From: an uncultured bacterium | GTDB taxonomy: Bacteria > Fidelibacterota > Marinisomatia > Marinisomatales > JAHJCW01 | Reading direction: 5' to 3' | Assembly: GCA_963715945.1 (NCBI GenBank) | Contig: CAVQSL010000015.1 | Coordinates: 270,955-334,954, forward strand | DNA length: 64,000 bases | Part shown: positions 48,788-60,043 of the stretch, piece by piece | How positions within the stretch are numbered: the stretch's first letter is position 1 | How the letters are laid out: every line of letters begins with the position of its first letter | Position numbers and translations under genes: made by a program | The notes under the pieces: model-generated | The model's database searches: none | The model's input: only the letters and a program-made list of their open reading frames with translations | Told to the model about the DNA's origin: nothing

Positions 48788-51660
48788 ATGTACAAGCAAA
48801 CCTATAAATATAAATTATTTGCGATCTATTTAATCATAATTGCTTTCATTGGTCAAGTCAATGCTCAAGTTAAATGTTGCTTTGTGTCGGCAATAGCATA
48901 ACTTGGGGAAGCGGGTTACAGAATCCCGGCGTTGAAAGTTATCCGTCTCAGTTAAAAGTGCTCTTGGGAAGTGACTATATTGTAGCAAATCGCGGAGCAC
49001 CCGGCAGAACCTTACTTAAATACACTTCACTACCATACATCGGATCACAGCAATGGACATATTCAATCGCGACTCCTCATGACATCGTAATTATTCTATT
49101 GGGAACCAATGACAGCGATGAAGACAATTGGGTCGAAAGGGATCATTTTAAAGAAGACTACTATGAATTGATAGACGATTACAAGAATTTCCCCGGCAGT
49201 GAAGATCCCATATTTATTCTTGGATTACCACCTCCTGTCTTTGATGAATCGGCGGGACATAGAAACGCCCCTATTATTGATGAAATTATTCCTATGATAA
49301 AACAGATTGCTAGTGAATTAAATTTAACAATTGCAAACTTTTATAATGCATTAGATGGGAAACCTGAACTTTTCATTGATGGCGTACATCCAAATGCGGA
49401 AGGGGCTGCTATAATGGCATTAGTTGCATATAATGCAATACAAGAGGCCATTTCAATATCTGACCCACCACCGGATACACCCACAGGACTAAAAACCATA
49501 TCAGGAAATTCCAACATTAGTCTTGAATGGCATGCAAATACAGAGGACTGATCTTTTTTCATATACGATATTTCGATCACTAGAAAAAGATGGTGTGCAA
49601 GATTATATTGGAACCACACTAAACCAGACACTACCTTTACCGATAATAATGTTATTATTAAATCATATCTATTATTATTCAATTGATGCAATGGATATTC
49701 ATAAGCACGCCAGTAAAAGAACAACCCCAGTCGCAGGGAAAACAATTGACCAAATCGCTCCTATAGCCCCGAGTGGATTACAGGTATTTCTCGAAGCCGA
49801 TTCAGTAAAAATTGATTGGATACCAAACCCTGAAATTGATTTGGAAAAATATTATATATATCGCAATCCTATATTGGGTGATATTCAACAACCTTCAAGT
49901 ATTGTTGGAACTGTTTATGCACCTAAAAGTGATTTTATTGATTTAGACTACGTTTCAGCAACAAACTACTATTATGGAATTAAAGCAGTTGACATCTCCG
50001 GGAACCAGGGTCCAATATCAAATATAGCAAATGTCACTACCCAATCTAGGCCATTAAGTTCAGATATTACATTAAATTTATACGAGGATATTCAACATTC
50101 ATTCAGTGAATTGGATTTTCCGTTTTCTGATGCAGATGGTCATAATTTAGATAAAATAATTTTTTATAATACTAATTATCTAAATTATTTTTCTTATGAT
50201 AGTGTTTTAGTTGAATATTCAATTACCTGCGATGATATCTCAAAACTTGCATTTGACCCCATTCTTAATGAATTTGGTAATAGCTATGCCACATTTGGAT
50301 TTAAGGTTGTAGATAGCTTTGGCAGCGCAAGTAAAGACACAAGTATGGCAATAATCAATTTAAACCCCGTTAATGACGCTCCCCACATCGACTCGATTAT
50401 AGATTTACATTTTATGGAAGACTCAAAAAATATTTTAATCCCAATATCAGGCATTAATGCTGGTCCTGAAAATGAAATACAAACTCTCTCAGTTACAGCA
50501 TTTGATGATAAAGTCTTTTATCAGCATCAGGGATATTCAATATATTAGTGCTGAAGATACCGGATTTGTCATATTAGATCCAGTAGATAATATATTCGGA
50601 ACCATACCTGTGACTGTTATGGTAATTGACGATGGTGGGGCGGACAATGGTGGTATAGATACATTTTCAACAAAATTTAATCTACATATTTCACCGATAA
50701 ACGACCCTCCACTATTCAATTTGCTGGATAATATACAAATCCCCGAGGATTCAGAAACAAGCGTAGAACTAACCAGCGTTAAGGCTGGACCTTGGGAAAC
50801 CGGTCAGCAAATAAGTATCAGTGTCCAGTCCAATAATACTAATATTTTACCGCATCCAACTCTAAACTATTTTAGTCCTGATACAACTGCAATTTTAATT
50901 TTCTCAACAATTTCTAACATTTTTGGTACTACATCAATTACAATAACTATGTCTGATGATGGTGGTGCTGATTTTGGGGGGAATGATTCAACATCATACA
51001 CGATACCTGTCGAAGTCACATCAGTCAATGATTCACCGATAAACTTTAATATAGTTACACCATCAGTTGATTCAACTCTAATAATTAATAAGTCTAATTA
51101 TTTAAACACTTTTTCTGTCAGTTGGGAACCGTCTACTGACATCGAAAACGATCCTATTTTTTATGATGTTATCTTTAGTGGGAATTTATCAAAACTTTCA
51201 CGTTATGGTTTGAGTTCAACTAATTCTGAATATGTTTTAAAAGACATTCTATCCAGCACCGATACGATATCTGTTACTCATGGTGAGATTTCTATAGTGG
51301 CATCTGATGGCGAGTCGCAAACATATGCCCTGAATTCTGGAATCCCGATAACTATTGATGGTCGTTCATTCGCTCCGGCAAAATTACATCTTGATCAAAA
51401 TTATCCTAATCCATTCAACCATACTACTTTAATTGGATTTGATCTACCAAAACAAACAAATGTTTCTATAATTATCTATGATTTATTAGGAGAAGAAATC
51501 ATCAAATTAATAGATAATAAAAAACATGATCGCGGTTATAATACAATAACATGGACATGGACTTGACAAACACAATAACAATGTTACAGCAGGCATTTAT
51601 ATTGTACAAATTCGAATGGGAAGCGAAATTAAAAATAAAAAATTGGTGTTTTTAAAGTAA
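48788..51660 (+). pseudogene. large secreted SGNH hydrolase-FN3-FN3-cadherin-like-repeat protein with T9SS tail, at least 4 frame breaks
   Basis: The ATG at 48788 starts a signal peptide (MYKQTYKYKLFAIYLIIIAFIGQVNAQ). Downstream are an SGNH block I (LLCVGNSITWGSG), FN3 signatures (YYYGIKAVDISGNQGPIS) and repeated PVNDAP/SVNDSP modules. The T9SS tail (LDQNYPNPFNHTTLIGF...) is completed in another frame (AGIYIVQIRMGSEIKNKKLVFLK, stop at 51658-51660). Confidence 0.65.
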
Positions 51661-51767
51661 TTGTTGATATTGCTTTGAGAATTAATCGTGGAGATTTTTA
51701 TCAGTAATCAAAATTAATTTTTAGTAACTTTATTTGCTTATAATTACATAATAGGAGAAAAACTGTC

Positions 51768-52942
51768 ATGAAAAAGATCATCTTATTAACTGCGATGGCC
51801 ATATTAATCGCAGGTTGCGCCTCATCATTAAAACAATTACAGCGTGGAGATTATGATGAAGCTACTCAAAACAGCCGTGAAAAAATTAAGAGTAGACAAT
51901 ACAGACCAAGAACAAATTGAGGTGTTGGACAAAGCTTATTTGTTGGCAAATCAACAAGATTACGACCGAATTAAATTTTTAAAAGAAGAGGGGAGTCCAT
52001 ATAATTGGGACGAAATATTTGAAAAATATTCAAATTTAAAAGATCGACAAGCTTTGGTTAGCACGGTTTTACCCTTACAATTGGGTGGTCAAGTTATTGA
52101 CTACCAATATATTGATTATGATTCAGAGATAATTAACGCCAAGAAAAAAGCTGCCGATTACTTCTGGAATCACGCTAACGAATTAATGAAAAAGGAGGAC
52201 AAAGAATCCTACCGCCAAGCATATTATGAATTTCAGAAAGCCAAGGAATATGCAGGAAATATCAAAATATCAATCAATTAATTGAAGAATGCACATTGGA
52301 AAGGAATTAGCCAGGATTTTTGTATCATTTGAGAACAAAACTCAGCTAAATCTACCTGAGCAATTTAAAAATGATTTAATGGCGTTCGGTGTTACGGATT
52401 TTAATTCGGAATGGATCGAGTTCCACGCAATCACCAATCCAATTGATAACCCTTACTATGATTATTTTACAATCATAAATCTGAAGAAAATAGAAGTGTC
52501 TCCCGAACAGGTACAGCAAAAAGATCGTATGGAGACTAAAGAGATCGAAGATGGTTGGGAATATTTACTGGACGATAAGGGCAATGTTGTGAAAGATTCG
52601 GAAGGTAATGATATCAAGATTACTAAAAAACGTACGATTTCATGCACCTTAATTGAGACACATCAACTTAAAGCTGCCAAACTGGAAGGGGATATTGAAC
52701 TGGTACAAAATAAACCACGTAAAGTTATTAAACAAATACCGGTTGGAGCTGAAAGTGTTTTCGAACATATTTCTGCTCGCGCGGTTGGGGATGTAAATGC
52801 ATTGTCCAACGAATCGAAGGAGTTACTTAAGAATACTTCGGTTCCATTTCCTAATGATGTGGATTTAATTATTGACGGGGCAGAAACCTTAAAGAAAAGT
52901 ATCCGCGAAGGTTTAGGCAATTTAAGAAGTTTAATTAAATAA
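51768..52942 (+). pseudogene. lipoprotein of unknown function, two frame breaks
   Basis: An RBS (aggag) precedes the ATG at 51768, which gives MKKIILLTAMAILIAGC|ASS. The protein continues in ORFs 51844..52281 and 52289..52942. Confidence 0.4.
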
Positions 52943-52945
52943 TAT

Positions 52946-53434
52946 TTACGATTTCGATTTATCTTTCAAAGATAAAGTTAAAATAAATTCCGCCACCGGT
53001 TCATTTCCTGATAATTCAGGAACGGTGGCGGTTATTTTTAATGGCATGTTTACCCGTTCACCGGTGCTGATGGCAGACTCAATCAATTTTTTTACAGCTT
53101 GTCCATCGTTGCAGGTAAAGTGAGTGTCACCTTCGGGACGTTTTAAGAATTCTGCCTTAAAATCTTTAAATACCAATGAAATATTATGTCTGCTTTTACG
53201 AATTAAATCCATTGCCAATACGCCACCGGCAACATCTGCACCAATTGATAAAGCACCAAAGTACATTGATTTAAGGTGATTTTTATTCCTACGCTTAAAT
53301 GGGATTTTAATAATAGCTGTTTTGTTATTTAACTCAATAACAGAAGGTCTACAATAAAATATTAACGGAACCTTGCTTAATCCAAAATATCTTATAAACC
53401 ATGTTGCTTTAATTTTCTTTGATATAAGTTTCAT
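52946..53434 (-). CDS. hotdog-fold protein, DUF4442/YiiD-C-terminal-like thioesterase candidate
   Basis: 162-aa ORF. The pattern RRNKNHLKSMYFGALSIGADVAGG resembles the PaaI/DUF4442 hotdog family. Confidence 0.4.
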   Translation of the reverse strand: MKLISKKIKATWFIRYFGLSKVPLIFYCRPSVIELNNKTAIIKIPFKRRNKNHLKSMYFGALSIGADVAGGVLAMDLIRKSRHNISLVFKDFKAEFLKRPEGDTHFTCNDGQAVKKLIESAISTGERVNMPLKITATVPELSGNEPVAEFILTLSLKDKSKS

Positions 53435-54076
53435 TGTTTAATAAACCATCCTTTAAATTCATATAAATTATTAAATACTCTCCTGCCGGAAGCTATTAGT
53501 CGATCATAGGTGGCATGACCTTGAGCAATTAACACACATTTTGTTCCAATTTCATCTGCTACTTCAACATCGTGTATTGTATCACCAATTAATAATATTT
53601 CATTTGGTTCAAATTGTAATTCGTTTATCCACGAACGACCAATATCGACCTTACTATTTGCATAATGATTATCCAATCCCGATATTTTTATAAAATACTT
53701 TTCCAGTTTGTGATACTTCATTAAGTCTTCTAACATTTTTTGCTTTGCGGCAGAAAGTAACGATTGAGAAATCCCCATTTCAGAAAATTTTTCCAACAGT
53801 TTCTCTAGCACCATCCTGCAATTGAGCATCATACATTCGCTTGGTATATTCATCAATAAACTCGGTTCCGACTATGTTAAACGGTATTTTTTCGAAATCG
53901 AAACCCAATTTTTTATAATAATTAATCACAGGAAAAGTAAAAAATTCTAAATACTTCTCCTTTTCCACTGCAGGTAGTCCATACTTGAGCAATAAAATGT
54001 TTATTGCTTTGATTGACAACCAATTGTCATTCAGAAGCGTACCATTCCAATCCCACACAATGTGCTTTATTTTCAT
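53431..54076 (-). CDS. HAD-superfamily hydrolase (one frame break near 53800-53850)
   Basis: ORF 53780..54076 has HAD motif I (HIVWDWNGTLLND). ORF 53431..53856 has motifs III/IV (LLIGDTIHDVEVADEIG). Confidence 0.6.
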
Positions 54077-54141
54077 AAATAGACAGTTATTCGTATTTTA
54101 GTATAATTAATGATAATTTTAAGTATCAAGATATTACAAAT

Positions 54142-54772
54142 TTGATGGACATTAATACACTAATAGAAAAACTAAAAAATAATTGCAGCACTAATTTGCC
54201 AGGTAAACCAGCACAAAATGCGATGTTAGCCAAGCCGCGAGTTAATATTTCTTTTCCAAATACTTTGGAACATGCAATACCTTCTGCTGTCTTGATTTTA
54301 TTATATCCCGATAAAGATGATATCCGTTTTATTCTTACTGAGCGTACAAATGTTGTCCAACACCATAAAGGTCAGATATCGTTTCCGGGCGGCTCGTGGG
54401 AAGATGGTGAACATCTACATGAAACTGCGATGCGTGAGACAGAGGAGGAAATAGGTGTTCCCATAGATGAAATTGATCTCGTTTGCGAGCTCACGCCACT
54501 ATTTGTAAAAGTTACCGGTTATATGATTCACCCTTTTGTCGGATTTGTTCAGCAAAAACCAAATATCTACTCCCCAACCGGAAGAGGTAAGCAATGTTTT
54601 TAGTGCCTCGATTTCCGACTTGCTTAGTAAAAGAAATTCACAAATGGAATTACGAAACATTAGAGATATACCAGTTGATGTACCGTTTTTTAAATTTGGT
54701 GAACATAAAGTTTGGGGTGCAACAGCGATGATACTTTCAGAATTTAAGCATTGTCTTGAGGGAATAATTTGA
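54142..54772 (+). CDS. NUDIX hydrolase, CoA-pyrophosphatase-like (one frame break near 54560-54600)
   Basis: Nudix box GQISFPGGSWEDGEHLHETAMRETEEEIGV. The C-terminal part continues in ORF 54536..54772. Confidence 0.7.
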
Positions 54773-55657
54773 ACCGAATCGGTATTGACTTAGGCGGTAC
54801 AAAAATTGAAGGAATTCTTCTTGATAAAACAGGGTAATGTTTTAGAAAGAAAACGTATTCCAACCAATCGTACAAAAGGTTATGAATATATAGTAAACAA
54901 TATTGCAGATTTGATTAAAGAATTACAAGGAATTTCAAAAACAGATACTTCTATTGGAATTTGTACACCTGGAGCAATTTCGCCACATACTGGCAGAATA
55001 AAGAACAGCAATACAATTTGTTTGATAGGTCAGCCATTAAAAGAAGATATCGAAGCGAGAATTGCTTGCCAAATCAAAATGGATAATGACGCAAATTGTT
55101 TTGCAATAGCTGAATCAAAATTAGGTGCTGCGAGGAGGTATAATGTTGTATTTGGTGTAATAATCGGCACAGGAGTCGGCGGTGGTATTGTAATCAATGG
55201 TAAAATTCATCATGGCAGGATGTCTATTGCCGGGGAATGGGGTCATCATACTTTATTTCCTAATGGCAATCAATGTTACTGTGGTAGAAAGGGTTGTGTG
55301 GAAACCTACATTAGCGGACCATCTTTGGAAAAGCGTTGGGAGACATTGACTGGCGAGACCAAATCACTACGTGACATCATCGCCACCGCGGAACAATTAC
55401 CAATCAATATGCAAAAACATTATATTAAGTGGAAAGAGGAATTGATCAGTAATTTTGGCATTGCATTAGCTAATGTAATAGACATTTTAGATCCCGATGC
55501 AATTGTATTGGGCGGAGGTGTATCAAATATTCCAATATTATATGACGAAGGGATCAAGTCGGTATATGAAAACGTGTTCAACGATGAAGTTGACACTCCC
55601 ATTTTAAAAAATAAACTCGGTGATTCAGCCGGTGTTTTTGGAGCAGCATATTTATAA
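54769..55657 (+). CDS. ROK-family sugar kinase (N-acetylglucosamine/glucose kinase-like), one frame break near 54830
   Basis: A TTG at 54769 gives LNRIGIDLGGTKIEGILLDKTG, the ATP-binding motif. The ROK zinc motif CYCGRKGCVETYISG is in ORF 54806..55657. Confidence 0.7.
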
Positions 55658-55669
55658 CAAGGATATTTA

Positions 55670-55933
55670 ATGAAGTTTAGTCAATGGTTGAATTCTTTAG
55701 GTTTTGTTGAATTTATAGCATTATTAATTATTTTGGGCATGTCAATGTATCTTTCGAATCTCAGTTTTTTAGTTTTTAAAAACTGGTATACAAATAAGCA
55801 AAAAAATAATCCCTTCGCAGAAGAAATTCGGATAAGTCCATTTTTATTCGTCGGAATTACAATCCCGTTTCTGTTAATTATATATAGCATATTGTATCGT
55901 CACTTACATGCCTTATTGTCGAAGATATTTTAA
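55670..55933 (+). CDS. small membrane protein, unknown function
   Basis: 87-aa ORF with two hydrophobic helices, located 12 nt after the kinase gene. Confidence 0.35.
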   Translation: MKFSQWLNSLGFVEFIALLIILGMSMYLSNLSFLVFKNWYTNKQKNNPFAEEIRISPFLFVGITIPFLLIIYSILYRHLHALLSKIF

Positions 55934-56031
55934 TTAATCACACCTAGAAATATAACAAAAAATAGCAAGACAACTATTTCCTGCTATTTTTGTCAAAGAT
56001 ATATTTACCAATAATTTTTATTGAGGATCAT

Positions 56032-58689
56032 ATGCGCAAACTTATACTCTTGATTTCAGTTGCAACTCTCATTCAAGCTCAAACTGAAGTGTTTAATCCT
56101 GAGAACTACCGGAATAGAGAAATAACAGCTGTACGATTAGAAGAACCTTTAAATATCGATGGAATATTAGACGAAGCGCTTTATTCAACCAAAGCTAATG
56201 ATTCATTTGTTCAGTATGAACCCAACAATGGAATTCCTGGGAGTGAAGACACCGAGTTTTGGATAGGCTATGATGACAATGCACTATATGTTGGTGCAAT
56301 GATGTTTGATAGCAATCCTGATTCAATTGTCGCCAGAATGAGCAGACGCGACCCACAAGGAGAATCATCAGATATTTTATATATAGTAATAGATTCTTAT
56401 TATGATAAGCGTTCAGGATTTTGGTTTGGCATCAACCCAATAGGCTCTATTGCTGATGGAACAATATCAAATGATAGCAATTTTGATGACTCATGGGACG
56501 GCATATGGGATGGACAGGGAAGGATCAGCGAGAAGGGCTGGAGTATTGAAATTAGAGTTCCATTTTCACAATTAAGATTTAATAAAGCCATCGAAAATAT
56601 AATGGGAATTGGTTTAGGCAGACGGATTCACCGAAAAGAAGAAATGGATTTCTTTACTTACATTGCTCGTGATGAATCCGGTATGGTTTCTCACTTTGCA
56701 ACCATTAGAGGCATTAAAAATATCCAACCTCCCAAAAGATTGGAAATGACACCTTACGTTACTGGAAATTATGGGATTTTAAAAACTGAAGATGAAAATC
56801 CTTTTTATGACGGCAGAGATTCAAGAATTAATATTGGTACTGATCTAAAAGTTGGCATTGGAAATAATCTAACAATTGATGCCACTATTTACCCTGATTT
56901 TGGTCAAGTAGAAGTCGATCCCTCTGAATTAAACTTATCTGCATTTGAAACTTATTATCAAGAAAAAAGACCATTTTTTATTGAGGGGGCCGGAATTTTC
57001 AGGTTTGGAGTAGGAGGTCCAACCAATCGCATGAATTTTGGAACGATGGAACCCACCTTCTTTTATAGTAGGCGAATTGGTAAATATCCTAGTTATGGTT
57101 ATGATGTCGAGGGCGATTGGTTAAAGGTTCCCTCAGCCACTTCCATTCTTGGAGCCACAAAAATTAGCGGAAAAATCACTGATTCTTGGGCAATTGGCGG
57201 AGTTTCTGCTATAACTCGTAGAGAATTTGCAAAAGTTAGAATTGATGATGAAGACTCTGAAGTAGAAGTTGAACCATTCACTTCTTATAATCTATTCAGA
57301 ACTTTAAAGGAATTTAATCAAGGTAGACAAGGATTGGGATTAGTTACCACTTATGTTAATCGTCAATTTGATGATGAATCATTAAGGGATTTATTATCTG
57401 ACAATAGCACTGTAATAGGATTAGACGGGTGGACGTTTCTCAATCATAGCAAGGACTGGGTAATTGGCGGATTCTTGGGTTATTCAAATGTGGTTGGCTC
57501 CAAAGATTTTATATATGATCTTCAACAAAGCTCTGCACGTTATTATCAGCGTCCCGATGCAGACCATGTGGAACTTGATCCAGATAGAACAAATCTTGAA
57601 GGGTTTGTTGGAAAAGCAATAATCAATAAAGAAACAGGTAAATGGAGCTTTAACTCAGCGATACAACTTGTATCACCAGGATTTGAAAACAATGATATGG
57701 GATTGAACTTCAGAGCAGATAAAATTAATAAACATATCTCATTTGGATATAAATGGCTAGAGCCTGGCAAGTTTTTTCAGCGAGCCATGCTAAATACTGC
57801 ATATATGACCAATCATAATTTTGCAGGAGATAAATTAAGTGAGATGCTATTTCTTTTTGGTTTTGCGCGATTTAACAATTTTTGGACTATTAATCCAATT
57901 ATTGGTATTGGTCCTAGGACATTTAGTGACCAAACGCTTCGTGGCGGTCCCTTGGTAATTGAACCATCAGGAATGTGGTCAAGAGTTTTTGCTAGAACAG
58001 ATTCTCGAAAATCCGTTATATATGAATTGGGTGTAGAATATCAAAAATCTGAAAATGGCACTTATTCAATGCATGTGTCCCCCGAAATAGAGGTTAATCT
58101 CGGAACTAGATTACGGATTGCATTTGACCCCGGATTTAATAATCAGGTTCAAATTGACCAATATCTTGATTCATTTGAGGATGAGACAGCAGTCGAAATG
58201 TTTGGCACCAGACACATTGTTGCTCAAATGGATAGAAAAACCATATCCGCCGAATTGAGAGTTGATTATACGTTTACACCAAAACTTTCATTCCAGGCTT
58301 ATGTTCAACCGTATATGACAGTCGGTTCATATTCTAGATTCAAGGAATTCACCAAACCTGAGAGCTATGATTTTGTAGAGTATGGCGTTGATAATGGTAT
58401 GGAAATCATTGAGGACACTGATGGCAATTATGAGCTATATCCTAACGGTATCGATGATAATTCGTTTTATATAGAAAATCCTGATTTCAACTACAAAGCA
58501 TTGGTGGGTAGCGCAGTGTTGCGATGGGAGTTTCGTCCGGGTTCAACCCTGTTTTTAGTTTGGACACGCAACGGTTCTGATGATAATAATCCAGGCAATT
58601 TCAACTTCAATAGAGATACGAAAGATTTATTTCAAGCAGATGCCGATAATGCCTTTGCAGTTAAACTAACTTATTGGATTGGTAAATAA
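56032..58689 (+). CDS. large secreted/outer-membrane protein, DUF5916 / CBM9-like family candidate
   Basis: The ATG at 56032 gives signal peptide MRKLILLISVATLIQAQ. N-terminal motifs (IDGILDEALY...EFWIGYDDNALYVGAMMFD) resemble the carbohydrate-binding family 9-like/DUF5916 group. The C-terminal region is rich in beta strands. Confidence 0.45.
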   Translation: MRKLILLISVATLIQAQTEVFNPENYRNREITAVRLEEPLNIDGILDEALYSTKANDSFVQYEPNNGIPGSEDTEFWIGYDDNALYVGAMMFDSNPDSIVARMSRRDPQGESSDILYIVIDSYYDKRSGFWFGINPIGSIADGTISNDSNFDDSWDGIWDGQGRISEKGWSIEIRVPFSQLRFNKAIENIMGIGLGRRIHRKEEMDFFTYIARDESGMVSHFATIRGIKNIQPPKRLEMTPYVTGNYGILKTEDENPFYDGRDSRINIGTDLKVGIGNNLTIDATIYPDFGQVEVDPSELNLSAFETYYQEKRPFFIEGAGIFRFGVGGPTNRMNFGTMEPTFFYSRRIGKYPSYGYDVEGDWLKVPSATSILGATKISGKITDSWAIGGVSAITRREFAKVRIDDEDSEVEVEPFTSYNLFRTLKEFNQGRQGLGLVTTYVNRQFDDESLRDLLSDNSTVIGLDGWTFLNHSKDWVIGGFLGYSNVVGSKDFIYDLQQSSARYYQRPDADHVELDPDRTNLEGFVGKAIINKETGKWSFNSAIQLVSPGFENNDMGLNFRADKINKHISFGYKWLEPGKFFQRAMLNTAYMTNHNFAGDKLSEMLFLFGFARFNNFWTINPIIGIGPRTFSDQTLRGGPLVIEPSGMWSRVFARTDSRKSVIYELGVEYQKSENGTYSMHVSPEIEVNLGTRLRIAFDPGFNNQVQIDQYLDSFEDETAVEMFGTRHIVAQMDRKTISAELRVDYTFTPKLSFQAYVQPYMTVGSYSRFKEFTKPESYDFVEYGVDNGMEIIEDTDGNYELYPNGIDDNSFYIENPDFNYKALVGSAVLRWEFRPGSTLFLVWTRNGSDDNNPGNFNFNRDTKDLFQADADNAFAVKLTYWIGK

Positions 58690-58704
58690 TTAATGCCAAC
58701 AAAA

Positions 58705-58738
58705 CCCCTCAAAGTTTAAAAAAACTTGAGGGGTTTTT
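58705..58738. terminator. bidirectional rho-independent terminator
   Basis: cccctcaa (58705-58712) pairs with ttgagggg (58726-58733). It is flanked by A4 upstream and T5 downstream and lies between convergent genes. Confidence 0.75.
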
Positions 58739-59684
58739 ATATCAAATTCATATAAGTTAAAATCATCAGCCCAAGTGGAATTGTGATTGCCGAAGCAAGG
58801 GTGGTTGTTAATACAATATTTCCTGCAATTTCTCCATGCGGCGTCATCGCATCAGCTAAAACAAAACTAATAATAGCGGTTGGGCAGGCAAATATTATAA
58901 AAAGTATTCCCAAGTCGATATCAGTATAACCAATAAAATAACCTACCGTAATAGCTAGCATAGGCGAGATTAACAATTTAATTATTAACGCCCCCAATGT
59001 GATAAATGAAGTATTTTTTAACAGCTTTATCTTTAATGTACCACCGAGGCCGATTAATGCCAATGGAAGAGTAATGGCTGCTAAATAGTTACCCGTATTT
59101 ATCAATGCATTAGGTATTGGGAACCGAATTAATGAAAAAACAATTGCAAATATTGCTGCAATTATCACTGGATTCAGTGCAATTGATTTAATCATATCAA
59201 GCATGGCTTTGCTTCTTTTCTCTTTTCTGTCGGAAATTGTTAAGGCAATAACAGACAACATATAATCTAACGGTATTAAAAATATTAATATCATAACCAT
59301 TTTTGAAACTGCATCTTCACCGAAAATATTCATTACAAGCGCTAGACCAATAATTACATTATTCGGCCAAAAACCACCCTGGATAAAAACTCCTCTTCCT
59401 TCCCCTCTTTTTATAAGAGCCTTTGAAAGTATCCAGCCCAAAAAGAAAATTATTAACATGCAGCCATAAACTATAATAATGATTTTACCATCAAATAATT
59501 TATTAAAATCCACAGTTGCTAATTTTAAAAATACAAGTATTGGTAGTGGTACATGAAACACAAATTTAATAGATTGCTTAATAAACTCTTCATTTATCAC
59601 ACCAATTTTTCGCAATACCCAACCCAAAATAACAATTAAGAATATCGGACTTACGGTATTGATAATAAAAATAATGTTATTCAT
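58737..59684 (-). CDS. AEC-family (auxin efflux carrier) transporter
   Basis: 315-aa polytopic ORF with an N terminus (IINTVSPIFLIVILGWVLRKIGVINEEF) typical of the Mem_trans family. Confidence 0.65.
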   Translation of the reverse strand: MNNIIFIINTVSPIFLIVILGWVLRKIGVINEEFIKQSIKFVFHVPLPILVFLKLATVDFNKLFDGKIIIIVYGCMLIIFFLGWILSKALIKRGEGRGVFIQGGFWPNNVIIGLALVMNIFGEDAVSKMVMILIFLIPLDYMLSVIALTISDRKEKRSKAMLDMIKSIALNPVIIAAIFAIVFSLIRFPIPNALINTGNYLAAITLPLALIGLGGTLKIKLLKNTSFITLGALIIKLLISPMLAITVGYFIGYTDIDLGILFIIFACPTAIISFVLADAMTPHGEIAGNIVLTTTLASAITIPLGLMILTYMNLI

Positions 59685-59995
59685 TGGGTACTTTTATTTT
59701 TTATCGATTTAATCTTATTTTTATAATATTTGAATGTGAAGAATCTATTATATTTGTCAACATATTGCTTTCCCGCCCAAGCTATTCCCAATAAAAATGG
59801 AAACCAAGAAAAAAGATATACAATTATAGAAATTTTTCTTAAAAAAATATTGGTGTAATAGAAAAAAAATACCGCTTGAGTTATTTTGCCAACAATCAAG
59901 CTTATTATTATTAACCAAATACCAATATAGAATTTTTTTGTGAATTTATTGGGCGGGGAACCGTAATTAATCTTTTTGATGCTAAATTTTGTCAT
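59681..59995 (-). CDS. small membrane protein, unknown function
   Basis: 104-aa ORF with 2-3 hydrophobic helices. Its stop overlaps the AEC transporter start. Confidence 0.35.
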   Translation of the reverse strand: MTKFSIKKINYGSPPNKFTKKFYIGIWLIIISLIVGKITQAVFFFYYTNIFLRKISIIVYLFSWFPFLLGIAWAGKQYVDKYNRFFTFKYYKNKIKSIKNKSTQ

Positions 59996-60043
59996 AATTA
60001 TTAAAAATATTAAGTAAATATATTTTGCAACGTTATAAACTAA

